Assembly (NCBI RefSeq): GCF_000007185.1
Contig: NC_003551.1
Location: 1,530,001 to 1,562,000, forward strand
DNA length: 32,000 nt
Direction of reading: 5' to 3'
From: Methanopyrus kandleri AV19
Lineage (GTDB): Archaea > JAADCQ01 > Methanopyri > Methanopyrales > Methanopyraceae
Part shown: piece by piece, positions 22,959-31,291 of the stretch
Position numbering within the stretch: position 1 is the first letter of the stretch
Layout: the number at the start of each line of letters is the position of its first letter
The notes under the pieces: generated by a model
Told to the model about the DNA's origin: nothing
Database searches by the model: none
What the model saw: the letters and a program-made list of their open reading frames with translations, nothing else
Program-made: the position numbers and the translations under genes

Positions 22959-24859
22959 TACGGGATGGTCTGGGCCCGAACCTTAAGCCCCTTGTGGAGG
23001 GCCTCCTCCAACCGTTGTCCGACCGACGTGTCCTTGTTCACCCTGACTTCACCGCTGGAACCCACCGTGGCCGTGAACACGTACTCGTCTCCCACGAACA
23101 CCTTCACAGGACGTCCTGAGAACTTGTCCCCCAGCTGCAGCCTGATGTATTCGCCGTCGTCGACGACGCGCATGGGGAACCGCTCTCCGGACTCCACCTC
23201 GATTACTTCGCCCTCCCCTTCGGGAACCGGAGAACCAGCCGGCTGCGGTCGTTCACCTCGCCGCTCCTCCAGCGGCTTAACGGTTATCTTCAGCCCCGTG
23301 CGGTGCTCGATCTGTTCGACGTTCCTACCCTTCTTGCCTATCACCATAGGAACCATATGCTCGGGGACGTAGACCGTGGCCTGTGACCCCTTCACCTCGA
23401 CGTCCACCGGGGCGCGGCCGCCTATGAAGCGGCGAACTTCTCGTTCCACGACTTCGGCCGCGAGTCGTTCCGATGCCGTCTCCTGCTCCTCCTCTCCCTT
23501 GACGGGAACGACGAAGACCTCCTCTCCGTAGGTGTAGATCTCGTACTCGAGCTCTCCGGTCTCGAAGTCCCGGATCTCCACGACAGGACGCGCTAGGTCC
23601 TCTTCCGTCATCCCGGTGGGGACCTTCACGGTCAGCGACACGTCGTACACCTTCTTGATCTCACCGTCCTCGATGAAGATGACCGTGTCCACGACCTGCG
23701 GAATAACACCCAACTCCACCCTGCCGATGAGCCGCTGGATCGCGTCGATGGGACGGGTAGCGTGGACTACTCCGATCATCCCGACGCCGGCGAGCCTCAT
23801 GTCCGCGAAGACCTCGAAGTCCTTCGTCTTCCGGACCTCGTCGTAGATGGTGTAGTCCGGACGCACCAGGAGGAGTATGTCCGCAGTCTTCTCCATGTCG
23901 CCGTCCAGGGGCGCGTACTGGGTGATCTCGTCACCGACCTGCAGGTCACGCGGGCTTTCCATGGTCTTGACGATCTTGCCCTGTTCGGCGTAAAACTCGG
24001 CAAGCGCCGCGCAGAACGTCGACTTACCGGACCCCGGTGGACCGGCCACCAAGATACCTTCAGCACGCTCCCTCAGGCGCTCCTTCAGCTTCTCGGACAG
24101 GTCGTAGTCGTCGAGGCTCACCTTGACGACCGGCCGGACCGCGGTGATCTCCCATCCTTCCGAGAACGGGGGTCGGGCTATCGAGATCCGGAGGTTACGT
24201 AGCTGTACCACGGTCGCCCCACCTCGATCGATCTCCACGAAGCTCTTCTCGTCCGTGTACGCCTTCTCGATCACCTCTCTAGCCCATTTTTCCAGCTCCT
24301 CACGAGTACACGGCTCCGGACGGAGCTCTATCAGCTTCCACTCTCCGGGTCGTCCCACCTTCGCCTTCGGGGGCACGTTCTCCTTCAGGTGGAGTGACAT
24401 CGCGTTCTCGGGCATCATCCGCTCGATCTCGGTCTCACCCACACGGGTGATGGGCTCGAAGTACACCACCTCGAGCCCTTCGGCTTTGGCTACCTCAGCT
24501 TGGACCTTGTCGCTGGTGATGAGCGTCGCGTTGTACTCCCTCGCCACCTCACGGATCATGGCGTCGATCTCACCGCTCCGTGCGAGCCTGATCTCCTCGA
24601 GACCCGGCCGTTCGCCCGCGAACTCGATCTCGATTATCCCTTCCTCTGCGAGTCGCTGGAGCTCCTGCAGTTCCTGAAGTCCGGCGAATCCCGTCTCCCT
24701 ACCGCGGTTGGCCTGGTACTCCAGTTCCGAGAGAACAGCACGTGGAATAACCACGATCTTGCCCTCGAGGTAACCTTCCTCGGCGAGACGGGAGATCCTG
24801 CCGTCGATCACTACGCTGGTGTCCGGCACGACGTACTCCGTCTCGATCTCTACATCCAT
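22958..24859 (-). CDS. PIN-domain / PilT-family ATPase / KH-domain protein (COG1855-type)
   Basis: N-terminal PIN-like YVVPDTSVVIDGRI..LITSD. Walker A GPPGSGKSTF. C-terminal KH motif MVIGKKGRNVEQIE. Start set at ATG 24859 (GGGGAAGGTG upstream); GTG 24892 is the maximal ORF. Confidence 0.8.
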   Translation of the reverse strand: MDVEIETEYVVPDTSVVIDGRISRLAEEGYLEGKIVVIPRAVLSELEYQANRGRETGFAGLQELQELQRLAEEGIIEIEFAGERPGLEEIRLARSGEIDAMIREVAREYNATLITSDKVQAEVAKAEGLEVVYFEPITRVGETEIERMMPENAMSLHLKENVPPKAKVGRPGEWKLIELRPEPCTREELEKWAREVIEKAYTDEKSFVEIDRGGATVVQLRNLRISIARPPFSEGWEITAVRPVVKVSLDDYDLSEKLKERLRERAEGILVAGPPGSGKSTFCAALAEFYAEQGKIVKTMESPRDLQVGDEITQYAPLDGDMEKTADILLLVRPDYTIYDEVRKTKDFEVFADMRLAGVGMIGVVHATRPIDAIQRLIGRVELGVIPQVVDTVIFIEDGEIKKVYDVSLTVKVPTGMTEEDLARPVVEIRDFETGELEYEIYTYGEEVFVVPVKGEEEQETASERLAAEVVEREVRRFIGGRAPVDVEVKGSQATVYVPEHMVPMVIGKKGRNVEQIEHRTGLKITVKPLEERRGERPQPAGSPVPEGEGEVIEVESGERFPMRVVDDGEYIRLQLGDKFSGRPVKVFVGDEYVFTATVGSSGEVRVNKDTSVGQRLEEALHKGLKVRAQTIP

Positions 24860-24925
24860 GGATCCCACACCTTCCCCACGTGTCGCGTTCACCGACTTCG
24901 TCCTCTCGTGGCCTGTATCAGTATA

Positions 24926-25351
24926 TTAACGGTACACCTCGTCCGGGTTGAAAACTCGATCCATCACGACCTCGAACGATCCGTCCCGAGTAACGCGTCG
25001 GTAGAAACAGGACCTGTAACCGGTGTGGCAGGCCCCACCTTCCTGCTCTACCACGTACAGGACGGCGTCTTTGTCACAGTCCACGCGGACCTCGACGACC
25101 CGTTGCACGTGACCCGACTCCTCCCCTTTCTTCCATACCTCGCGCCGACTCGTGCTCCAGTAGTGGGCGTAACCCGTCGTGAGCGTCCGGTATACCGCCT
25201 CCTCGTTCGCGAACGCCGTCATCAACACATCACCGTTCTCGGCGTCCTGGGCGATCGCGATCACCAACGGCTCCCCGCCGATCTCGAACCGGTAGTTGAG
25301 GGAGGACGTGACCTTCCGCGCGGTCTCGGGATCCAGTGGTACGTGACTCAT
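24926..25351 (-). CDS. hisI: Phosphoribosyl-AMP cyclohydrolase
   Basis: Sequence [78 protein letters not shown]. Confidence 0.9.
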
Positions 25352-26613
25352 ACTTCAGCCGCCCTCTCGAGTTGATCCAGCGGGACTTCCTCCTGAACCC
25401 CGGTTTTCAGGTTCTTCACCGACACGTATCCCTCCTTCAGCTCCCGCTCCCCTACGATCACGGCGTAGTCGTACTCGAGCGAGTCCGCCAGTGAGAGCGC
25501 CTTGCGTATGTGCTTTCCTGAAACCTCTACGTTCACCACCCACCCGAGCTTGCGCAGCTTCGCGGCTATCTCCCAGATCTTACCCGACCTCACGAGCGGT
25601 ATCAGCAAGGCACGGGTTTCCTCCACGCCGTCCGGGATCCGGTCGTACAGCTCGGCCGCGAGGAGGAGCCTGTCGAAACCTATGGCCATGCCGACGGCCG
25701 GGACGTCGGGTCCTCCGAGCTCCTTCACCAGGTCGTCGTAGCGGCCGCCACCGGCGCACTGGGATCCTCCACCGAGCTCCGGCACGTGTATTTCGAACAC
25801 CATCCCGGTGTAGTAATCCAACCCTCTCGCGACGGAGAAATCGAGTTCGTGGTCGACCCCCGCTTCCCGGAGCGCGTCCGAGATTTCCATGAGGTTCTCC
25901 AGGGCCCGCTCGGCGCGTTCTTTCCCACTCACGGCCTCCTCCACCTCGGACTCCGAGCGCGCCGTCACCACCGCTAGGGCCTTCTCGGCCGGCTCGGCCG
26001 GTAGCAACGTCTTCACTTCATCCAGTTCGCCCTTGTCGACGAGGTGTGCTACCTTGTTCTGTACATCTTCACCTATTCCGTACTCTTCGAGCAATCCCCG
26101 GAGTATTCCCAGATGTCCCACCCGGACTTCGAAGGCACCGGAAGGCAAGATGCCGTCGAAGATCCGGTAGGTCAGCTCGATCACCTCGACGTCCGCCTCC
26201 GGGCGGTCCGAGCCGAACACCTCCACGCCGGCCTGCCAGAACTCACGCCAACGTCCCCGCTGCGGCTGCTCGTACCGGAAGCAGTTCACGATGTACGCCA
26301 GCTTGAGAGGGTGAGGTCGCGTCTTCAGCTCCGCGTTGTAAAACCGGACGACAGGCGCCGTCATCTCCGGCCTGAGCGCAAGCTTCCTCCCCTTCTTGTC
26401 CTTGAACACGTACATTTCTTCCAGTATCTCCTCACCGGACTTCTCCTCGAACAGCTTCGCATGCTCGAAGGTGGGAGTGAGGACCTCCTCGTACCCGTAA
26501 GAGCGGAACACGTCCAACAGGTACCGCTCCAGCCATCTGCGTGCCCTCATCTCCTCCGGGGTGAAGTCGCGGGTGCCCTTGGGTCGCTCCACCTTCATCA
26601 GCGTAACCCCCAT
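25348..26613 (-). CDS. hisS: Histidine--tRNA ligase
   Basis: Class II motifs: [48 protein letters not shown]. The C-terminal anticodon-binding domain is present. A second possible start is ATG 26598. Confidence 0.92.
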
Positions 26614-27965
26614 CAGCCGGTCCGTCCCATGAGTGCTATGAAGAATCCACAGGTCTCATGTCGGTGCGGGAACAGTCGGCACGCCTCGGGCATGTCGAAC
26701 CCCTGGTCACCGACCTTGACTTCCAGCAGCTCGAACTCGGGGTGCTCATCCAAGAACCTTCGGACTACCTCCTCATCCTCCTCGGGGAACATCGAGCACG
26801 TGGAGTACAGCAGACGACCTCCCGGTTTGACCATTTCGGCACCCGCTTTCAGGAGCTCGTACTGGAACTTGGGCAGTCGTTCCAGTTCATCCGGGGTGAT
26901 CCTCCACCGGCGCTCGGGATTCTTCGGAATCGTACCGTCGGCGGAGCACGGTGGATCGACTAACACGGCGTCGGCAAACTCACGACCCAGCTTCTCGGGC
27001 GCTTCGCGTCCGTCCATCAGGTGTGTTTCAATGCAGTCGAGGACGCCCATACGTTCCGCGATCTCCCGGAGACGTTCCATCCGAACCTCGTCCACGTCGA
27101 TCGCCACAATCTTGCCCTCTCCTCCCATCAGCTGCGCCATGTGGGTGGTCTTACCGCCCGGAGCCGCACAAAGGTCGACGACCACCTCCCCGGGTTTCGG
27201 GTTGAGAACTGCGGATGCGAGCGCCGCGGCCTCGTCCTGGATCACGAAGAGGCCCTCTTCCCACTCCGGCATCTCTCCGATGGGAAGTCCCTCGGGAATC
27301 TTCAGTATTTCGTCCAAGAAGCGTCCCGGCTCGACCGTGACCCGGTACTTCCTCTGTAACCGCTCCGCCAGCTCTTCAGGGTCCACCTTGAGGGTGTTCA
27401 CGCGGATGGTCAGCGGCGGCCTTCGGTTGTTGGCTTCCAGTAAGGCGACCACCTCGTCAGGGTCGCCGAACATCTCCATCCATCGCTCGATCAGCCACCG
27501 CGGATGGTAGTACTCCCACTTCAACCTGTCGAGTTCGTCCTCCGGCTCGGGAGGTTCGTAGTCCTTCAAATCCAGTGTGAACGCCTTCACGATCGCCGCC
27601 GCCCCGGGATTGGCTAGCCTCCGGACCAGCCCGTGTAGCACGTCGGCTACCTCGTCGGGGTCGCCGTCTTCGAACACGACCTCGTTCACGGCGATCCGTG
27701 CCGCGTTCCTGACCCACGTGTCGAGCTCGGTCACGTCATCCGTGATCTCCAGGACGTCCTCTATTACCTCGTCCAAGAGTCCGCGTTTCTGTAGCACACT
27801 GTACAGCAGCCCGGCGGACACGGACCTGGCTTCTCGAGAGGGGTTCATCTCCTTCATCACCAGACGTCTGGCGTACTGCGTGGGTTTGATCCTCTCCGCT
27901 TTCACCAGCGTACGGAGCACTATCTCCACGGCTTCCTCGTAGGTCTTAGCGTCCCGAGACGTCAC
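26613..27965 (-). CDS. NOL1/NOP2/Sun-family RNA cytosine-C5 methyltransferase with NusB-like N-terminal domain
   Basis: SAM motif [18 protein letters not shown]. Catalytic motifs [14 protein letters not shown] and [20 protein letters not shown] start. Confidence 0.88.
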
Positions 27966-28869
27966 CGCGCATCCGCCCCATCACCGACGTCCCTTGATGT
28001 ACTTCGAACGTATCGTCCCGAGTTCGAACGTACTCCTTCAGCGTGCGAACGAGTTCTCCGAAGTCATCCCGAGGAAGCGGTTTGGGAGGTGCCATCAAGC
28101 ACCCCTTGTACTTTCCATCGTGGGTTAAACGGATGCGAGTGCAGGCCTCACACATGACCCCGTCCATGGGTTTGACGACTTCGACGGCCATACCGTTGTT
28201 AAGCCGGTATACCTCGCGGCTGTGGAACGTGCGAACCCGCTCCAGCTCCGGTTCGTACTCACCGAGCGCTCTCAGGCCGTCCTCGGCATGTGCGGGCCTA
28301 AATCCAGGTATCGAACCCATCGGCTCGATCAGCTGCAGCTTCAGACCCTCTAAGTCGGCCAGCTCCTCCACGAGCGTCGGCAGCGTCTTCACGGTCTCCG
28401 AGGTCAGCACAACGTTCACCTTGACGGGGGTCAATCCCTCCGACACCGCCGCCTCTATCCCTCTGATGACATCGTCGGGAGAGAAACGAGACCGGGTGAG
28501 CTTACGGTACAACTTTCGATCCACCGTGTCGAGGCTCACGTTCACGCGGTCCAGTCCGGCCTCGGCCAGGTCACCTGCGTAATCCGCGAGCAGTACACCG
28601 TTCGTGACGAGGGAAACCTCCTCGAAGCCCTCGGCGTTTTCGATTATCTCGATCAAATCCCTCCGGAGTAACGGTTCACCTCCGGTAATCTTGACCTTCC
28701 TAACGCCGATCTCAGCACAGGCTCGGAGCAGTCGGCCCCACTCGGCGGCGCTCAGCTCGGATCTCCCGGGTCGCTCCCCTTCCCTGTGGCAGTACACGCA
28801 GGCCATGTTGCATCGCATCGTTACGGATATCCTAACGCTTCGGACCTCGCGACCTAGCGCGTCGCGCAA
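27946..28869 (-). CDS. moaA: GTP 3',8-cyclase MoaA (radical SAM, molybdopterin biosynthesis)
   Basis: The sequence VRISVTMRCNMACVYCH contains the CxxxCxxC motif. Also GGEPLLRRD and the C-terminal Cys motif CEACTRIRLTHDGKYKGC. Start set to TTG 28869 (GGTGGGG upstream), giving 307 aa. The rest of ORF 27946..29337 overlaps the upstream gene. Confidence 0.88.
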   Translation of the reverse strand: MRDALGREVRSVRISVTMRCNMACVYCHREGERPGRSELSAAEWGRLLRACAEIGVRKVKITGGEPLLRRDLIEIIENAEGFEEVSLVTNGVLLADYAGDLAEAGLDRVNVSLDTVDRKLYRKLTRSRFSPDDVIRGIEAAVSEGLTPVKVNVVLTSETVKTLPTLVEELADLEGLKLQLIEPMGSIPGFRPAHAEDGLRALGEYEPELERVRTFHSREVYRLNNGMAVEVVKPMDGVMCEACTRIRLTHDGKYKGCLMAPPKPLPRDDFGELVRTLKEYVRTRDDTFEVHQGTSVMGRMRGDVSGR

Positions 28870-28895
28870 GCGAGGGACCCCACCGAAAAATGTGA

Positions 28896-30152
28896 TTAAG
28901 CGGGTAGGAGGGCGTAGATGTTGCAGAATATGATCCCACCGATCTTCGGCTTCCCCTTGAAGCCTATTTCGATGAGTATCGGGTACGGCTTCGTGTTGTA
29001 GACCACTACCCCCTCCGTGGGGTGGAAGCCGTACTCCATCGGATGCACGCCCATGTCGATTCCCTTCGGCTTCGGGAGTCCCGCGTCCAGACAGGCGTCC
29101 CTGAGCGCCCGGGCCGGTGGGCAGCATCCGTGCGCGGCCTTCTCGTACCCCGGGACCTCGAACACGTCGAAGTACTGGCGCTTCCCGTGCGTCCAGGTAT
29201 GTGGCGGTACGATCACCCCGTTCCATCCCCGGCACATCCGCGCGGCGTTGACCACCCTGAGGTTGTCTAGGTGGCCGATACCCTCCATCGTGGTCTCGGC
29301 GTGTCCGATCAACTTCTTCCGGTACTTGCCGATCCACACGACCACAGCGGAATAGTCGGCCATCTCTACCATCCGTCGGTACGCCGCCTCACCGAACACC
29401 TTCTTGACCTCGTTCTCGTCCATCGGCCGGCGGCCGTCCGTGAACTTCAGCTCGTAAACCAGCGTCGCGCGCTCCCCGACGTCGGCTTTCTTGAGGTATT
29501 TCAGTTTCTCCCAACCGTACTTCTTGGCCGCCTCCTCGAACGTCATGCGTTTGCCCTCGACCTCGATCTCGTCACTCCCGACCTTCACGGCCACGACCTT
29601 CGGGACCTTCCGTCCCCAGACCACCAGACCCGGCTTCTTCACGTACAGGTGGCTGCCTCTTATCAGGACGACGCCCGGTCCCTGGTAATTCGCCACGATC
29701 CATCCGTATTCCACCTTGTAATCCCCGCGCACCCACCGTTCCGCCGGCGATGGAACTATGCCCAGGAACACCGCCGGTAGACCCGCGACAGCACCGTACT
29801 CCTCGATCGCCTTGCCGGCGATGAACGGGTGCGCCCACACGCTATACCATGGCAGGGAGTACGCGGACATTATCTTGTGTCCTCCCCAGACCGTGTCGCC
29901 GTTCTTCACCGGATAGCTGGGCTCTGACGGAGAGAAGGCCAAGTACAGGTGACCGATCGCCTGACCCGCCGCGATCACTAGCGCCAGTGCGACCAATCCT
30001 CCCTTGACCGGCCCCAGCTCGCGTATACGCTGTGGGAGCTCCCGAACCAGTCGCTGGACCCTCTCGGTCAGTTTCTCCTCTTTCTTCCTCTCCTTCTTTT
30101 TCTCCTCCTTTTCCTTCTCCTTGCCTTCCTTCTCTCTGGATTCACTCCTCAC
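28896..30152 (-). CDS. Membrane-anchored hypothetical protein with K/E-rich N-terminal tail; C-terminal region distantly VanW-like (tentative)
   Basis: GTG start. N-terminal tail MRSESREKEGKEKEKEEKKKERKKEEK, then one TM helix (GGLVALALVIAAGQAIGHLYLAF), then a domain of about 340 aa. The segment PGYEKAAHGCCPPARALRDACLDAGLP..YGFHPTEGVVVYNTKPYPILIEIG loosely resembles the VanW core. Confidence 0.6.
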   Translation of the reverse strand: MRSESREKEGKEKEKEEKKKERKKEEKLTERVQRLVRELPQRIRELGPVKGGLVALALVIAAGQAIGHLYLAFSPSEPSYPVKNGDTVWGGHKIMSAYSLPWYSVWAHPFIAGKAIEEYGAVAGLPAVFLGIVPSPAERWVRGDYKVEYGWIVANYQGPGVVLIRGSHLYVKKPGLVVWGRKVPKVVAVKVGSDEIEVEGKRMTFEEAAKKYGWEKLKYLKKADVGERATLVYELKFTDGRRPMDENEVKKVFGEAAYRRMVEMADYSAVVVWIGKYRKKLIGHAETTMEGIGHLDNLRVVNAARMCRGWNGVIVPPHTWTHGKRQYFDVFEVPGYEKAAHGCCPPARALRDACLDAGLPKPKGIDMGVHPMEYGFHPTEGVVVYNTKPYPILIEIGFKGKPKIGGIIFCNIYALLPA

Positions 30153-30241
30153 CGTATCGTCCTTCCGCTCCTCATCCGAACGTTCTTCCTCGCTCTTACC
30201 CTTCAGTTAAACACCCCCGAGCGGCCTGATTGAGGCGATAG

Positions 30242-30253
30242 TTATTTATATTA
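30242..30253. promoter_or_regulatory. AT-rich box TTATTTATATTA: TATA candidate for tRNA-Tyr and, read on the other strand, for the divergent membrane-protein operon
   Basis: This is the only AT-rich segment in the 133-bp divergent gap. It lies about 35 nt upstream of the tRNA-Tyr 5' end. Confidence 0.45.
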
Positions 30254-30285
30254 TCGGCCGGTGTCCCGGTGCGAGGGGTGCGGGA

Positions 30286-30363
30286 CCGGCCGCAGCTCAG
30301 TCTGGCTAGAGCGCGGGACTGTAGATCCCGTGGTCCCGGGTTCAAATCCCGGCGGCCGGACCA
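30286..30363 (+). tRNA. tRNA-Tyr (anticodon GTA), CCA encoded
   Basis: Folded by hand. Acceptor CCGGCCG/CGGCCGG with the C1-G72 pair. C8. D arm GCTC-agtctggcta-GAGC. Anticodon stem CGGGA/TCCCG with loop CTGTAGA. Variable loop TGGTC. T arm CCGGG-TTCAAAT-CCCGG. Discriminator A73, then CCA. Confidence 0.92.
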
Positions 30364-30372
30364 AGCTGAAAA

Positions 30373-30394
30373 TCGTTACAAAATCCATAACGAA
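30373..30394 (+). repeat. Interrupted palindrome TCGTTA-N9-TAACGAA, copy 3 of 3
   Basis: Reads CCA-agctgaaaa-TCGTTA-caaaatcca-TAACGAA. It starts exactly 9 nt after the tRNA-Tyr CCA end. Across the 24-nt core AATCGTTAC..CATAACGAA it matches the tRNA-Ser copy at 21 of 24 positions. Confidence 0.6.
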
Positions 30395-30496
30395 TCCGGG
30401 CCGCCCGGCGTCGTACCTCCGATACTACCCACCTCGGTACCGTTCCAAAGTCCATGACGATACGCGGCGGGAGCGAGCTCGCCCACTTTCGCTGAG

Positions 30497-30501
30497 TTTT
30501 T
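30497..30501 (+). terminator. Oligo-T tract (T5), possible archaeal terminator of the tRNA-Tyr transcript
   Basis: GCTGAGTTTTTAGGG. T5 runs are rare in this GC-rich window. It lies 134 nt after the tRNA and 40 nt before the next ATG. Confidence 0.3.
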
Positions 30502-30541
30502 AGGGAGGTGTTTGAGACGACTCGTAGCGGGGGGTAAGCCC

Positions 30542-31234
30542 ATGAGGATAACGTGGCTGGGTCATGCGGCGTTCGAAGTGGAAATCGACGGAGTCAACGT
30601 GCTCATCGACCCGTTCTTAAGTGGGAATCCGAAGGCGGCCAAGTCACCGGACGAGGTGGATCCGGACCTTGTCCTCGTGACTCACGGTCACGGCGATCAC
30701 CTGGGTGACGCCGTCGAGATCTGCAAGCGCACTGGAGCTACGCTGGTCGGGATCTACGAGATCGCCGTGTACGCCCAGGGACAGGGCGTCGAGAACGTGG
30801 AGGAGATGAACATCGGCGGCACCATCGAGGTGGAGGGACTGGAGATCACCCAGGTGCCGGCGTGGCACTCCTCGGAGATCGTCGAAGACGGGGAGATAGT
30901 CGCCGGCGGCACCCCGGTGGGTTACGTGGTATCAGGTGAGGAAGGGTCGGTTTACCACGCGGGCGACACCGGCCTGTCCATGGACATGAAGCTCATCGGT
31001 GAGCTCTACGAGCCGGAGGTGGCACTGTTACCGATAGGCAGCAGGTTCACCATGGGACCCAAGGAGGCCGCTAAGGCCGTGGAGCTGATCGAGCCGGAGG
31101 TGGCGATACCGATGCACTACGGGACCTTCCCGCCGATCGAGCAGGATCCCGAGGAATTCAAACGGGAGGTGGAGGAACTCGGACTGGACGTGGAAGTCGT
31201 GATCCTGGAGCCGGGAGAGTCGTACGAAAGGTAG
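30542..31234 (+). CDS. Metallo-beta-lactamase-fold metal-dependent hydrolase (UPF0173 type)
   Basis: ATG 30542 (G6 run 7 nt upstream) gives MRITWLGHAAFEV..LIDPFLSGNP..LVTHGHGDHLGD..HAGDTG, typical of UPF0173. TTG 30512 is the maximal ORF. Confidence 0.85.
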   Translation: MRITWLGHAAFEVEIDGVNVLIDPFLSGNPKAAKSPDEVDPDLVLVTHGHGDHLGDAVEICKRTGATLVGIYEIAVYAQGQGVENVEEMNIGGTIEVEGLEITQVPAWHSSEIVEDGEIVAGGTPVGYVVSGEEGSVYHAGDTGLSMDMKLIGELYEPEVALLPIGSRFTMGPKEAAKAVELIEPEVAIPMHYGTFPPIEQDPEEFKREVEELGLDVEVVILEPGESYER

Positions 31235-31291
31235 GGATGACGAGCACCTTTCCAACCGAGTGGTGAGGACCGCCGTCGGGCCCGACCTCCC

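Noticed and set aside
26044-27510. 488-aa plus-strand ORF, the second-longest unassigned ORF in the track
   Set aside because: It is antisense to hisS and the Sun-family methyltransferase, both of which carry unmistakable family motifs. The product is S/R/P/T-rich low complexity with no motif. This is a typical GC-rich antisense shadow.
28870-29337. 156-codon N-terminal extension of the MoaA ORF
   Set aside because: It overlaps the 3' part of the upstream membrane-protein gene in another frame. MoaA homologues begin about 15 residues before the CxxxCxxC motif, and TTG 28869 has an RBS.
30454-30495. Possible C/D box sRNA: ATGACGA as a C-like box and CTGA as a D box before the T5 run
   Set aside because: The C-like box deviates from RUGAUGA. 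The C-to-D distance (about 42 nt) is too short for the C, D', C', D layout, and no internal D'/C' boxes are present.
30261-30503. ORFs 30261..30503 and 30269..30457
   Set aside because: They overlap the tRNA-Tyr gene and its trailer. The translations are Arg/Pro/Gly-rich with no motif.
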